Shown here in pieces: positions 63,569 through 64,000 of a stretch of 64,000 nt of DNA. Origin of the DNA: Selaginella moellendorffii (taxonomy: Eukaryota; Plantae; Lycopodiophyta); the NCBI RefSeq assembly GCF_000143415.4, contig NW_003314267.1, positions 544,908 through 608,907 of the forward strand, in the 5' to 3' direction. Below the pieces are notes generated by a model. It was not told the DNA's origin and made no database searches. It saw only the letters and a list, made by a program, of their open reading frames with translations. Every line of letters starts with the position of its first letter. Position 1 is the first letter of the stretch. The position numbers were made by a program, and so were the translations under genes.

Positions 63569-64000
63569 CTAAAGTTCATCGTAGTGGAAAGCTCCAAGCT
63601 TCCACGCCACAAATGCAGTCCCAAACATGAGAGCCGCAATAAGTGAGAAGGAGATGATGAGAACGATGGGACGAGTCCCCCTGATGAGCTCAAACTTGTA
63701 CTCCTTGTCAGACTCGGAAGGCTTTGGATCGTCGAAGATGTCCGCCGGTGCTGCGTTCACCATCCTTGGCTGCTGCCGCCTCTCCTTCCACAGCGTGTCC
63801 AAGATCTCCTTCCTCGACGCTAGGATCCGCTCGTCAATGTCTCCCGTGCTCCTCTTTCGCGGGGGAGTCTGCAGGGGACTCTTGTCGAAGGGGCTGGAAA
63901 TGGCTGGAGCTGGAAAAGCTTTCGACGCTTTTGTAGTCGATGGCTTGGCCACGGAGCTCGAAGTTGGAGCTGGGACCTTCTTGTCGCTGGAGACGGAACC
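63569..64000 (-). CDS. 3' part of a Pro/Ser-rich protein with a C-terminal transmembrane helix (WKLGAFHYDEL), possibly plastid-targeted
   Basis: Frame is open to the window edge; GC-rich coding composition; hydrophobic IVLIISFSLIAALMFGTAFVAW. Confidence 0.75.
   Translation of the reverse strand, partial: GSVSSDKKVPAPTSSSVAKPSTTKASKAFPAPAISSPFDKSPLQTPPRKRSTGDIDERILASRKEILDTLWKERRQQPRMVNAAPADIFDDPKPSESDKEYKFELIRGTRPIVLIISFSLIAALMFGTAFVAWKLGAFHYDEL

Overview
Eukaryotic, repeat-rich plant genomic DNA. The ~50-nt introns, many PLS-class PPR fragments and a SCARECROW-type GRAS gene suggest a lycophyte such as Selaginella (inference, not database-checked). Layout: (1) 1-10 kb, a full-length decayed LTR retrotransposon with TSD, a solo LTR of the same family, a 5S rRNA fragment and long inverted repeats. 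(2) 13.0-13.9 kb, an intact two-exon gene for a fungal-type PD-(D/E)xK-like protein. (3) 15524-28299, a 12.8-kb TIR DNA transposon with a 4-bp TSD and a Sola-like DDD transposase. It also carries a divergently transcribed multi-exon cargo gene (ParB-like domain, degenerate DNA-methyltransferase-like fold, acidic linker, NIF/FCP1-type HAD domain) and about 20 copies of a 22-bp palindrome (ATGGCRTGWGGCCWCAYGCCAT) found only in its non-coding DNA and introns. This is the standout candidate system. (4) 28.6-39 kb, a TRIM, a captured 26S rDNA fragment, and LINE and RT remnants. (5) 39.4-51.7 kb, PPR pseudogenes broken by a chromovirus and a second TRIM, CCD/NCED fragments and an inverted segmental duplication. 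(6) SCARECROW at 52810-55182, a REase-kinase pseudogene at ~61 kb, and a partial membrane-protein gene at the right edge. All family assignments come from motif recognition by eye.
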